A stretch of 64,000 nt of DNA from NCBI RefSeq assembly GCF_009914755.1, contig NC_060927.1; one strand, 5' to 3'. Made by a program: the position numbers and the translations under genes. The stretch is from the human T2T-CHM13v2.0 reference genome, Homo sapiens. The notes below the pieces were generated by a model. The model was not told the DNA's origin. It searched no databases and saw only the letters and a program-made list of their open reading frames with translations. Shown piece by piece: positions 24,043-36,540 of this stretch. How positions within the stretch are numbered: position 1 is the first letter of the stretch; each line of letters opens with the position of its first letter.

Positions 24043-24192
24043 CCTCCCCCTCCCCCTATTCAATTTTACTTCTGTTTATTTTTAAATTGTACAGAAATCA
24101 AACATGAATATGTGATACCTGATGTCATGGTTAGTGCTCTGAATAAAATCAGGTATCCAGAGGTTTATTTTAAATAGATCCCTAAGATTTTT

Positions 24193-24266
24193 TTTTATTA
24201 TTGTACTTTAAGTTCTGGGATACATGTGCAGAACCTGCAGGTTTGTTACATAGGTATACATGTGCC
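24193..24266 (-). mobile_element. 74-bp L1PA 3' end with a perfect 17-bp TSD
   Basis: AGATCCCTAAGATTTTT at 24176-24192 and 24267-24283 flanks ...actttaagttctgggatacatgtgcag...catgtgcc. Confidence 0.92.
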
Positions 24267-25619
24267 AGATCCCTAAGATTTTTGACATTTTGGATACTTG
24301 GTTATACAGCATTATCATCCTCTGCCACAGCTTTGTGAACTAACAGACTGCTATGGCATAAATATAGGCACAGTTTTCAGTTCCTTTAGCTATTGACTTG
24401 TGAATGCATTCATCTTATTTCAGCAACAATTTGTCACTTACAGGTATAAATCAATCTAACTTGTGCATTCACAATATAAATTTGAAAGTGATTTTCTCTG
24501 TGACCTAGTGTTTTGTAATGTATGTCAGTGGCTTAGGCTCTTGGTGGAATGATGACATTAATAGAGAGAAAAGTTATTGTCTCTAAATTCATGCAGTGTC
24601 CTTATCAAATAGAAAATAATGTTCCCTGACATACACACTATAAAGTTGCATTTTTACTGTGAAATAGACCCTAAAGTAATAAATTGCTGATCTATAAGTA
24701 TACTAAATGTAGAATTTCTGGAGTATTTTGCTTAGTGGATCATTATTGTCCACAGAGCAATTAATGTTAATCCATTAATTCATTAAACATACATCTATGG
24801 AACACCCACTACTTATCAGCCATTGTCTGGGTTTCAACTTCAAAGAGCTTAGAATTTGTTCAGTAGGTATTTACAAAGCTGTAATGAAATGCTATAGATG
24901 GCACAAACTAAGTATTCTGTTAGGAGTGAGTACCTAGTGATGCTTTCTCAGACAAAGCTTTCCAAATAAATATTAATAGAATATATTTTAGCTATTTTCT
25001 GAAAAATAAATATTATTTTGATAGTCATATAAAATGGTTATGATTATGTTGATAATCATCTTTCAAGTAAAAAGAAATTATGCATCTACTCATGAAATCA
25101 CTGTAGAACTCTTTCACTTATTAGACACATGAGTAGGACAGATAGAAAACACTCTTATCCATGTGGAGCATATATGACAAGGGCAATATTTTAGCAGATA
25201 GAAAATACTTATCTTAAAAAAAAAAAGTTGTGATTGGAAAAAAGTACCCAAGTACTCCCACACTAGTAACTTACTATAACATCACTTAATCTTGTCTTTT
25301 TATTTATTGCATATTATCTTTTCCTCCATCTCTTGTCTTTATATCAACTCCATGAGGACAAAGCCTTTTCCATCTCTGCATATGCCTCACATTTTAAATG
25401 AATGATGACTTACTGAGTGAATGAATAAGGGAATAAATATTTCCTTTGCTTAGAAACTAATTTTATGACTTCAGAAATTATACATCTAATATCACACTTA
25501 ATGTTGAAAACCTTAGGCCTAGCAACAACAAACAAAAATGTCTATTTTTGCATGGAATAATCTATGGGATCAGAAGAAGGAAACCTAAAGTACTAAGTGA
25601 ATTGTCAAGTTTGTATGAT

Positions 25620-27020
25620 TCAGAGTCGGTAGCAATAATCGTATGCATTACTATCACTAGCTGTAATTAGAAATTAAATTTTAAAGATACTACTTAAAAT
25701 AGCATGAAACATATCAAAACTCTAGTAAAAAGTAGAACAAAAGGTGATGTTAGACTTCCATAAAACATGTTTGAAAAAAATTTAAAAAGATCTAAATAAA
25801 TAGAAATATATACACCGTATTACATGTCAGTCAACAAAAAAGAGAAAATCTGTTTTAATCCTTACTTTGAGGTAATAAGGGGATTAAAATTCTACAAGGA
25901 GAATCTAAAGTGAAATCTAAAACTTCTTGATCAAATTGTGCAATATTTTGCAATCTTTGGGAAGACAAAAAATTCTTAAATCAGACCCAAAAGCATTCAT
26001 CATAAAAAATTAGATTTAATCAGAACTATAAAATTTGTTAATCAAATAACACTGTTCCAGAAATGAAAAGCTAAGTCCCATACTGAGAGAAAAAAAATGC
26101 AATACCTTAAGTCTAGCTAAAGACTTATATTTAGAATATGTAAATAACCTTTCTAATTTTACAGTAAAATGAAAAACAACCCAATTGACAAAATAGACAA
26201 ACTATTTGAATAAATCCTTTATAAAAGAAGATATGTAAATGACCAACAAGCACGAGAGTGCTCATCATTACTGACCACAGAGATATACAAGTTTATACCA
26301 CTATAATGATATACTACTTCATACCTACTTGAATGACAACATGTGATTGATAATACCAAATATTGGCAAAGATATGGAGAAACTAGACTTTTTATATATT
26401 ATTGGAGGAAGAGTGAAATGTTATAACCACTTGGGAAAAGTGTTTGGCTATTTCTTATAAAATTAAACATATATACTTACTCTATAACTATCAATTTCAA
26501 AAGAATACTCATGTGAAATAAAGATCTATATCTACAATATGACCTGAACAGAAACATTTATTTCATAATGTCTAAAACATCCTTTGATAATGACTAAAAG
26601 CTAGACAACACCCACATATTCATTAACCAGGAGAATGGATAGCTAGGTCATGGTATAGTCATACAAAGAACAGTATTTTGCGATAAAAAGAATAAACTAA
26701 TGATGCGACAGCAAGGATGAATCACAAACGTATATTGAGCAAAAGAAGGATGACACAAAAGGATGACATTTACTGTGTGATTCATTTTATATAACATTCA
26801 AAATAAGCAAAACTAGTGTAGGAAGATAGAAATCAAAACATTGAATGACCATGAGAGAGGACATTGACTGAAAGGAAATAGGTGAAAACTTTCTGGTGTG
26901 CTGGACAATGTCTTACATTGTGGATTTTCACTGTAAGGGTATATAATTTTGATAAATTTAATCAATCCATACACTATAAACTTGTGTATTCTACTGTATG
27001 TAAATCTTACATACACCACA
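25620..27020 (+). mobile_element. Old L1M (L1MC/ME-like) ORF2 end and 3'UTR
   Basis: Degenerate L1 motifs (aaaacaacccaatt; aagaagatatgtaaatgaccaacaagcac; gataataccaaatattggcaaagatatggag; aaggaagatagaaatcaaaacatt). Confidence 0.7.
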
Positions 27021-27295
27021 CCCATTAATGACATTTAGTAACAGATGTGACATGCTGAAAGAAATTAGTGAACATAAAGTAGTTTAGAAAAAAATGGACA
27101 GAAAGAAGTACAGAGAAAACTGAAAAATAGAGAAGACAGGTAAGAAATATAGAAAATACACTGAGAAAATCTAAAATACATTTAATTCAATTCAGAGAAA
27201 GCGAATAATGACAGAAAATGGGCAGAGGTCATAATTAAAGAGGTAATGGCTAGAAAGTCTCACAAACTGACCAAAGAAGTAAATTGAAGAAGGAT

Positions 27296-27476
27296 TCTCC
27301 CACAAACAGTGTAAAAGCGTTTCTGTTTCTCCACAGCTTCGCCAGCATCTATTGTTTCTTGACTTTTTAATAATGGCCGTTCTGACTGGCATGAGATGGT
27401 ATCTCATTGTGGTTTTGATTTGCATTTCTCTAATGATCAGTGATGATGAGCTTTTTTTCATATGTTTGTTGGCCAC
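27296..27476 (-). mobile_element. About 180-bp internal L1PA ORF2 fragment inside an older L1 ORF1-like relic (about 27050-27800, +)
   Basis: Encodes [50 protein letters not shown] (L1 ORF2 C-terminal region). No poly(A) or TSD visible. Confidence 0.85.
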
Positions 27477-27826
27477 TCAACAAATATCAACTAAGATGTG
27501 TAAAAAGAAATGTATGTTCAAAAACCAACAAAACTTTTGAAAACCAAAGGTAAAAAGAAAATCTTCAAAGATATCATAAACAAACAAACAAAAATCAGAT
27601 TACCTTCGAAAGCCTAACAGCCAGTCTGACAACTGGCTTTGTAGCAGAAATTAGGCCAACCAGAAGATAATATCTTGATTCCTTCAGGGGACTGAAAAAT
27701 TAAAAAAAAAATCTGCAAACCTCAAACTATGAAATGAGTAAGAGAAAAACATAAATGTGCTTTAAGAAGAAAAGTGAAATATAAATATTTTCACATGGAC
27801 TATGGTAAAGAAAAACTTATCAGTGT

Positions 27827-29740
27827 TCTTTTTTAAAATTTTTTATTTCAATAGGTTTTTGAGGAACAGGTCATATTTGGTTACATGAATAAGTTCTTTA
27901 TGGTTATTTCTGAGATTTTGGTGCATCCATCACCCAAGAAGCATACGCTGTACACGATGAATAGCCTTTTATTCCTCACCCCCCTCCCACCCTTCCCCGA
28001 GTCCCCAAAGTCCATTGTATATACCTTTGTGGTCTCATAGCTTAGCTCCCATTTATGAATGAGAATATACAATGTTTAGATTTCCATTCCTGAGTTACTT
28101 CACTTAGAATAATAGTCTCAAATTCCATCCTGATTACCACAAATGCCATTATTTTATTCCTTTTTATGGTTGAGTTGTATTCCATGATATGTGTGTGTGT
28201 GTGTGTGCGTGCATGTGTGTATATCACATTTTCTTTATTTACTTGTTGATTGATGGGCATTTGAGGTGGTTTCATATAATTGCAATTGCAAATTGTGCTG
28301 CTATAAACATGTGTGTGCAAGTATCTTTTCTGTATAATTACCTCTTTTCCTCTGGGTAGATACCTAGTAATGGGATTGCTGTTGGACTTCACCTTTCTCT
28401 GGTGTCTCCTTGATTAGCTTAATAATTAACCTTCTGACTTATTTTTCTGGCAATTCAGAGATTTCATCTTGGATTGGGTCAATTGCTGGTGAGCTGGTTT
28501 GATCTTCTGGGGCTGTTAAAGAGCCTCGTTTTGTCATATTACTAGAATTGTTTTCTGGTTCTTCTCATTTAGATAGATTATGTCTGAGGGAAGATATGGA
28601 ACTCAAGGGCTGCTGTTCAGATTCTTTTGTCCCACAGGGTGCTCCCTTGATTTGGTGTTCTCCCCCTTCCCCTAGGGATAGGGCTTCCTGAGAGCCCAAC
28701 CCCAGTGATTATTTTTGCTCTTCTTGGTCTAGCCACATAGAAGACCTACCAGTCTCTGGGCTGGTACTGGTCTGCAAAGAGTCCTGTGATGTGATCCTTC
28801 TTCAGGGTTTTCAGCAATGGATACTGTAAGGTCCTCTGAAAGGGCTACACCGTGATTGAGCCATTATGACCCCTGTGACCCACACGTACAGGCCTCCTGG
28901 AGTCACAAAGCCTGGAGCAACAGGAGAACCACTAACGATGAAGAAACAGCTAGTTCCTGCCTTAACTGATAACAGACCTTGCAACATTCCACCATTGTGG
29001 AATCAGTCGACCTTGTGATATCGTGCCTTGTGACCTCCCCCCACCTTGTGACTATGCACCTTGTGACATTCTTCCCCTGCCTGAAAAATCTGCCCCTAAA
29101 TGTAACTTTCCACTACCTACCCCAAACCTATAAAACCAGTTCCACTCCCACCACCCTTCCCTGACTCTCTTTTCAGACTCAGCCCGCTTGCACCCGAGTG
29201 AGTAAATAGCCATGTTGCTCACAGTTAGGCTGATTGGGTACTCTCTTCAATTAGGCACACACATAACAGATACCAGCACCTGCTCCAATGGAGGTAGCAG
29301 GGGAATGAACTTTTTGAGGGTCCTTGGTTGTATTTTTGGTTAATGAACTGGTTTTGTGGTTTCTTTTTGGCCTCCAGCCTGAAGGTGGCCCTTTCAAAAG
29401 CACATCAGCTGCTTTTGTATAGGGAGGAAGCAAACTCGCCTGTTTAAATATTCAGGTTTCTCAGGCAGTAGGCAAGGCCATAGAGCTCTCAAGAGATTAT
29501 GTCCTTGGTCTTCAGCAACCAGGGCAGGTAGAGAAAGACCATCAAGTGGGGTCAGGGATAGGCTGAGCTCAGACTCTCCTTGGGTGGGGCTTGCTGTAGC
29601 TGCTGTGGGGGATTGGGGTGTGGTTCTCAGACCAATGGAGTTTTGTTTCCAGGAGGACTATGACTGCCTCTGCTGAGTTATACAGGTTGCCAGGGAAGTA
29701 GGGGAAAGCCAGCAGTCACAGGCCTCACCCGGCTTCCACG
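27827..29740 (-). mobile_element. L1PB-like element: 3' end fused to ORF1 start and 5'UTR (large internal deletion)
   Basis: 3'UTR and ORF2 end at 27827-28381 abut ORF1 N-terminal and 5'UTR sequence from 28382. Interrupted by a solo LTR at 28825-29268. Confidence 0.75.
28825..29268 (+). mobile_element. ERV1 solo LTR of the HERV-H/F group (LTR21-like; exact family uncertain)
   Basis: TG...CA termini and perfect 5-bp TSD GATAC (28820-28824 / 29269-29273). Shares gttcctgccttaactgat, tataaaac and ctgactctcttttc..actcagccc with LTR7. Confidence 0.8.
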
Positions 29741-30363
29741 TAGGAACAGAAAGGAACTTAATGTGACAAAGTTACCTATTAAAAAGTTAAAGCAAGTGGC
29801 CTATTGAATGATTAAAAATTTCCCTTGAAATCAGAAATAAAATATGGTGGTTTATTTTCAGCACTTCTATTTAGCATTGTATGGTACTTGAAGCTTGAGC
29901 CAATGCTAATGGGGGGGAGGCAAAAAAAAAAAAAACTCTGTATGTGTAAAATAATTAAGCATTTATGGCAGAGAACATACCAATGAATGTGAGGAACCTC
30001 CAAAACCTCTCGTGTGTGGCCAGGCTGGCAAGCTTGGGTGGGGGCAGTTATAGGTTTTAGAGGTACCTGATAACATATTCAAGGGCTGGGTCTCACAGAG
30101 TGTGGAAAGAGGACACATTTTTCAGAGCAGATTTTTATTAATCATGGTAATTTCAAGATCATCAGAGAGCCTGAGGATAGCCACATTTGAGGGATATACT
30201 AAATGAACATTTCAGACACACTTAGAGAAAATACCACAAGACAGCCTGGGTCCTAGAAAGTAGTAAGGGACTTTGGAGCCCTTGTGTGTAAACAGCATAT
30301 GCCAGGTTTCTGGTCTGGACTGCTGCACAGACTGAAGATGTCTGACGTGAAGAGTCCACTGAA

Positions 30364-30478
30364 ACCAGGCACAGTGGCTCACACCTGTACTCCCAGTACT
30401 TCAGGAGGCCAAGGTGGTAGGATCGCTGGAGCCCAGGAGTTTGAGACCAGCCTGGGCAACATAAGGATGTCTCTACAA

Positions 30479-30515
<37 letters not shown>

Positions 30516-30583
30516 CCAGGCTTGGTGGTGCACATCTGCAGTCTTAGCTACTCTGCTGGCTGAGGTGGGAGGATCACTTTAGC
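30364..30583 (+). mobile_element. AluJ, 3'-truncated, with expanded central A-tract
   Basis: Left monomer, then about 31 A, then partial right monomer ending gaggatcactttagc. Confidence 0.85.
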
Positions 30584-32855
30584 AAAGACACTACGGAGAG
30601 GGCAGCCCTAGAAACCGAGGCAATGGAAACTCCAATTGCTCACCCACAGATGAAAGCATCATTCCGTAAGGCAGGTAAGAATCACCCCGTCAGTAGAGAC
30701 TAATTCGAATGGTGAGTGTAACAGGCAACACTGACACAGGGGCCAGCAGTGACACACTGGACGATAGTTATTTCCAAAGCTTCTCCTGACACTAACATGG
30801 ATTTGTTTTCCCAGTGACCCACCATTCACAGATGGGAGGAGAGAAAAGATCACCCCCAATCCCTGGAGCTTTAAGTCATGACAGGAGGTATAAGGGCCTA
30901 TAAAACCATCCTAAAAAGTGTCTTTGACCCTGTGTAATTAGAGTCCTCTAATTGGCAAGTTTATAGGCCCTTCCTCCTGTTCATCATCTATTGTCATTGA
31001 TAATGGGAGCTCCTAAGTAAAATGAATCCGCTATATAAAAGAAGGACAATTGTGCTTTTTAAAAAATGTGTTCCAACCTTCAAATTTTGACCTCTGTTCT
31101 AGATGAAATATTTTATGGAAAAGGAAATCAGTAAAGACAGGTGAGTGGTGATAGGTAGAGAAAAAAGTGTTGGGGTCATGGAATAGCTTAATGGGTGAAG
31201 AAACTAGAATAAGTTGAAGGGATTGGATACAAATGTCAGAGGAATGCCACCTTGATTGACTAGGATGATGATAGCTTTCACTCACTTGGCAAATATTTAT
31301 TGAGTAGTGATATTTGGAAGTTACCTTGTTAACTGCTAGATATATAGCAGTGAAGAAAAATGACAGACACCAGCTCCTAGAGGGATATCAGCATCTATAT
31401 TATTAACAGCATTAAGACACACAGCAAGAGATATAGCATCTTTGAAAAAATATGATAAATTTGAAAATTGACATTTCCTTAGGATATCTAGATGGAAAGT
31501 ACAGTATACTATTGGGATTGAATTGCTGACACCTAAGAAAGTATTAAAAATAGTTATACTTGTTTAATCATTTATAAATTTCATCTCAATATTTCATATG
31601 TAGTCTTAGGAAAAAAAGCAATAGAAGTGAATATAGTATTTAAATTCCTAATAAATGGCAGTAGGATTGTATTATCATTGGAGGAAAAGAAAAGAAGAGA
31701 GAAACTGATATTAGATTTCAGTTGATGCCAACAGTTTAGCTTGAAAATATACAGTTATGTTTATATTTATTTATGGAAATTGATTCCCTGTTTTATCAAA
31801 TCTGTAAGTTTAAATATTTTTTAGGTAGCTCTTTATGATAAAGACAAGTAAACTTTTATTTGTATAACTTCACTTTTTATCATGTATTCATTCCAAAATA
31901 TAGTAGGCACCATTTTATAGACAGAAAACAGCAGCGAACTAAACAAAAAATCCATTTCTTATAGGTTTATATCCTAGTGATATATACTTTGTGTTTTTAT
32001 TTCAACTTCTAAAACTAAGCTTTAACCCATTCCTCTTATGAACCTAGAAAGATTTCAAGTATGATGGGAAATGGGTAACTATTAAAAACTAATAATTACA
32101 ATAAGGATAACAACAATAAAAATGCAAATTTTAAGTGGGTGACAAATCTAAATGCTTTACATATATATCTTTCCTTCAGTCATTTCAATTCTTCAAGAGT
32201 TAAATATTATTGCTTTCCACTTTTTTTTTTTTTCTTTTAGCAATATAGAAATACTGAAGCAATGAGTGGTTCGGGAATTTGCCAAAGTTCACAAGATTAA
32301 GTGACAGAGCAGGAATTCAAATTAGAAAATGTATTTTAACTACTCTAAAATAAATGTTCGTTTAATGCTTCTGGTTTATAAATCTGGTAGCTATGATTTT
32401 CCAATCCTTATTATGCATATATCAGTTAAAATAATCTGTGATATATTTTATAAGAACTAAGAACACTGGTGGGTGTCAGAGATATGGGGGCCATCCTAGT
32501 TCTGTCATTATTCAATATAGTCATTCTGGACAACATTGTTTTTGGTTTTTTTTTGTTTTTCATTTAATTAAATTTTAATTTTTTTGTTTTTCATTATTTC
32601 TTTTTTTTCTATTCTGGACAACTTTGTAACCTCCCATCTCTGCATCCTTAGAGACTGACAAAATCAATAATTTTAAAATACTTTTCTGAAAAGGAAATCT
32701 TACGGTAAAACCTGATATACAAGAAAGATAAAGTATTATTTTCAGTTGAAAAAAGCATATATTTTTTAAAACACCAGAATGAATGATTGAAGACACTTTA
32801 AGCTATGATGTTTCATGAATTTGCTAAACTTTACAATAAAATTATTATAAATACC

Positions 32856-33480
32856 TGTGGTGGTCAGAATGTTAAGCTGGCTCTCAAGCTTGATTCTCCC
32901 TTTCTAATGTCCACATATATATGTTAGTCTACTTTTTGTATGAGGAGGAAAGGAATTCTGTCTCGTGGATTTCTCTCTCGTGGTTAAGTTATATTACACG
33001 ACTAAAGTGAAAGGATTCATGGATATGGTTAAGGTCCCATATTCATTAGCACTGAGTTCAAAAGAGAAATCTTCCTTGGTGCTGTTGACCTACTTAGGTA
33101 AACCCTTACAAGGAACTGAGCCTTCTGAAGCAAGGGATTTAAAGTATAAGAAAGATTCTTCTGCTGACATTGAAATAAAATGTCCTGTTTTAAGAGGGCT
33201 ACGACCTGAGAGTGGCTTCTCGGAAATGAGAGCCACACCTGACCCAAATTCAGCAGGAAAATGGGAACTTTAGTCTTGAGAGGAACTGAAATCTGTCAAC
33301 AACCTGAATGAGCTTGGAAGAGAGACCCAAGCTCCAGATGAGAACACAGCCTGCTGACACCTGATTTCACCTGCTGAGACCTAAGGTTGACTTTTGACCT
33401 ACTGAGATAATACATTTATGTGGTTTTTAATCATCTAAATGTGCAGTGATTTGTTACATTGCAGTAGAAAACTAATAGAA
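32856..33480 (+). mobile_element. MLT1E/F-like MaLR solo LTR
   Basis: tgtggtggtcagaatg ... aacaacctgaatgagcttggaag ... tttgttacattgcagtagaaaactaata. Confidence 0.75.
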
Positions 33481-36401
33481 TTGCCATAAAAAGCCTTTTT
33501 TTATAATTCAGAGAAAAGCCTTTATATTTTATAAATTCATTAAACAAATAAGACTTGTTATATTTATATTTGCTGACTGATAAATTTCAAATGTTAAAAA
33601 ACTCATTATTGCAAGAAAACTGAATTATAAAATAGCATATAATACTTTGTTCTTAAAATATACTTTATTTGTTGACATCCTGTTTCTTATATTAGGTTTA
33701 TTTTTATGAGTCACCTACAGTGGTAGCTTATTCAGTTTTCTGAATGTCTTATGGATCTCCTTGCCAGTAGTACATTACTGTGATAATGACTTGAAAATAA
33801 ATTCTGTCTGTGTTAAATTACTAACTCAAAATGTGTCGTGGAACTAATGATGTCAGAGGAGAGTCATGTTAATAATAGCTCTTCAAATTAAGCGGTTAAT
33901 AAAACTCCACTTCTTTTCAAGACACTATCCCCAAAGCTTTTTAATTCCCTGTCTAGATCTCAATTAGTTATACGCATTTTTTTCAGATTGTTAAATTTAT
34001 TCAAATTATTTCACTTAAAGAAATTTCAGCATGCATTTTTTGTGTGTGTGATTCTTAAGAGTTCTAAACATTTTTCTATTTTGGTAATAATATGGAAACA
34101 GCCTAAATTTTTTTAAAAATGGAATTGAACCCACACTGTCATTGTTGGGTTATGTCCACATTCTCCAATTCTACTTCTTACAGAATTATTCTCATACTTA
34201 AAATACTGGGAAGGTCATACATACCCTTAAGTGCCAAGTATAGTATTTCTATGAAATCAAGCAAAGCTTTTCATTAAAGTAAAATTTATAGCAAGTAAAG
34301 CCAGGTATTCTGCTGATGTGTAAATAAGGGCCTAAAACTTTGTTGTTCAGAGAATAAATCTTAATCACTTCTCTGTTATATATCACTGTATTACTTCATG
34401 ACCTGCAAATCAATCTGTGCTAGGAATTTCTCCTCAATAGAACTATACTGTGGCAATAAGGGAAGGGATGAATTATATTGTGGTCTTATTGTGGACTCTA
34501 TCAGAAATTCTATTCTCTTTAATTTGAGATTCAATCTATTTCAATTTGGGAGTTTCAGAGCAAGTAAAATGGAATTGAAATTAATTGATAAAACTCAAGG
34601 TATCTTCTATTAAAGTTCTTGGTATAATTGCCCACATTTCAGTCTGATCTCATTTAAGCTTCTTTGTATTATTAACTTTAAATTGTATGGTAATTAGGTT
34701 AATAGCATGACAGCTGGACAAATTAAGATACTTTCACTGCAGGTTTTCAACCTGTATCCTACCGTTTGTGACTCAATTCGTTATTCTTTTTGATGAAAGA
34801 GAATATATATCAAGCTACTGACCCACAGTATTTTAACCAAAGTCTTAGCTGAAACCATGCCTCCTGATGTTTGAAATAAATATTTTATTAGATATGATAT
34901 TAACCAGCATAATTTATTAACCAATGACAAATATTTGGAAAGGCTTTTCATATTTATAAATTTTGCAAAATGTCATCCTGCTGGGAGGATAGAAACTTTA
35001 AGGATTTGTAATAAGCTGCATATTCCCATATCTGTTTCCAGAGGGAAAAGTCATTATCACATTGTGATTGTTAAATAATTTTTGTATATTTGAAACATTA
35101 AATAAATTATCCATTGGCTTTAATTTAAAAAAAGTAGCTCTGAAACAACCTGTAACTTGCAATGTAGTTTTTAAATAGTACTAGATTTCGAGCTTAAACC
35201 TAACCTTACCTATGAGTATAAAACATAAATTTTAAATGAGAACAAGATTGTTCTATTTTGCCTCAAGTGCACATTTGCACCAAATGCCCCTTTCCAAAGT
35301 TGTTACCATGTAAGGTCTTCAAAAACTGGATTCTCAAGTTTTAAAACTCAGTGCAATTGAGAGAGAGAGACACTCAATTGGCAAAGAAACCAGTGTTCAC
35401 CAATATTTCTGGTAAATGGTGCTGTTAGTGAATTCCAGTTCTTATTTGAATGATTCTATTTCTTAAAGTGGGTAATTAAACAAATTTATTATTTTAAATA
35501 ATATAAAAGTAAACACAAGTTATTTGTTGCATTGAAGTAGTTACAGATTCAGTGTCAGTAGACTTAGGATAAAATTCTAGCCCTGCATTTACCAACTATA
35601 TGATCAGGAATGGATCAATTAAAGCACCACACAGAAAAAGACCACAGTTCAGAGATGCCCTCACAGAGATGTTGAGAGCTAGGCATGGGAGAAATCAAAC
35701 TGTCCTAGGAACAAAGCTAAAGGAGATTCTACTTAAAATGTAAAACTCTGACCCTGTGGTATGTTAACAAAACCTCTGAGGTTTTACAGCAGAAATTATT
35801 ATGAGGCATGGAAAGCAATGAGTCACTGATGCTAAGTGAGGATTAGGATTATGTTTACACCGACACATTTATTTCCTTTAGCCCCACCTGCAAGCTAACA
35901 CCAGTCCAGATAGTATTTATAGTCACTTTGTATTTACTCATTTAATTAATATACAATTATTTTTAAAATAAAGACTTTGGAAGAAAAGTACAAAGCTCTA
36001 ACTTCATAAATGTGTCATTCATTTGTAATTAAGCACTTTTCCTAATAAAGAACAGAGTAAAGAAAATCCACCAATGATAAAAAATTATCTCTATCACCCT
36101 GGACACATAATAAATAATTCTGCAAAATAATTTTAACTATATTGTGGTAGCCACAGCTAGTTGGCTGATTATCATGTCCACTTATTTTAATACACTATTC
36201 ATTTTAGCAAATGGCTATTGTAAATGTAATTGTGAAGCCTTTGTCTAATCTCAGTTTACCAAAATCTTAAATAACTAGTTTTACACGTGCTAGTTAATGT
36301 TTTCTTATTGAAGTTATCTGTTACTGAGATTTAGTGAATTGTAATAAAAATGGCACAGTATCATATTTTAAATGTATTTATTATTATTAATGTATGTGTG
36401 T

Positions 36402-36540
36402 ATTTATTTATTTTAAATTTATAGAGACAGGGGTTTCACCATGTTGTCCAGGCCTGTCTCAAACTCCCAGGCTCAAGCAATCTGCCTACTTCAGACTCCC
36501 AAAGTGCTGGGATTACAGGCATGAGCCATCGTGCCCATCC
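36402..36540 (-). mobile_element. FLAM/Alu monomer
   Basis: agagacaggggtttcaccatgttg ... cccaaagtgctgggattacaggcatgagcc. Confidence 0.85.

Larger units (their letters stand above)
19627..24052 (-). mobile_element. HERV-H provirus #2; 5' LTR and PBS missing
   Basis: Complete 3' LTR7 and PPT (20065-20077). pol, pro and gag remnants on the minus strand. Homology ends in the leader tandem repeats at about 24050. Confidence 0.95.

Noticed and set aside
33500-36390. Stretch of apparently unique AT-rich DNA as conserved enhancer or exon
   Set aside because: Nothing diagnostic is visible, and conservation cannot be judged without alignments.
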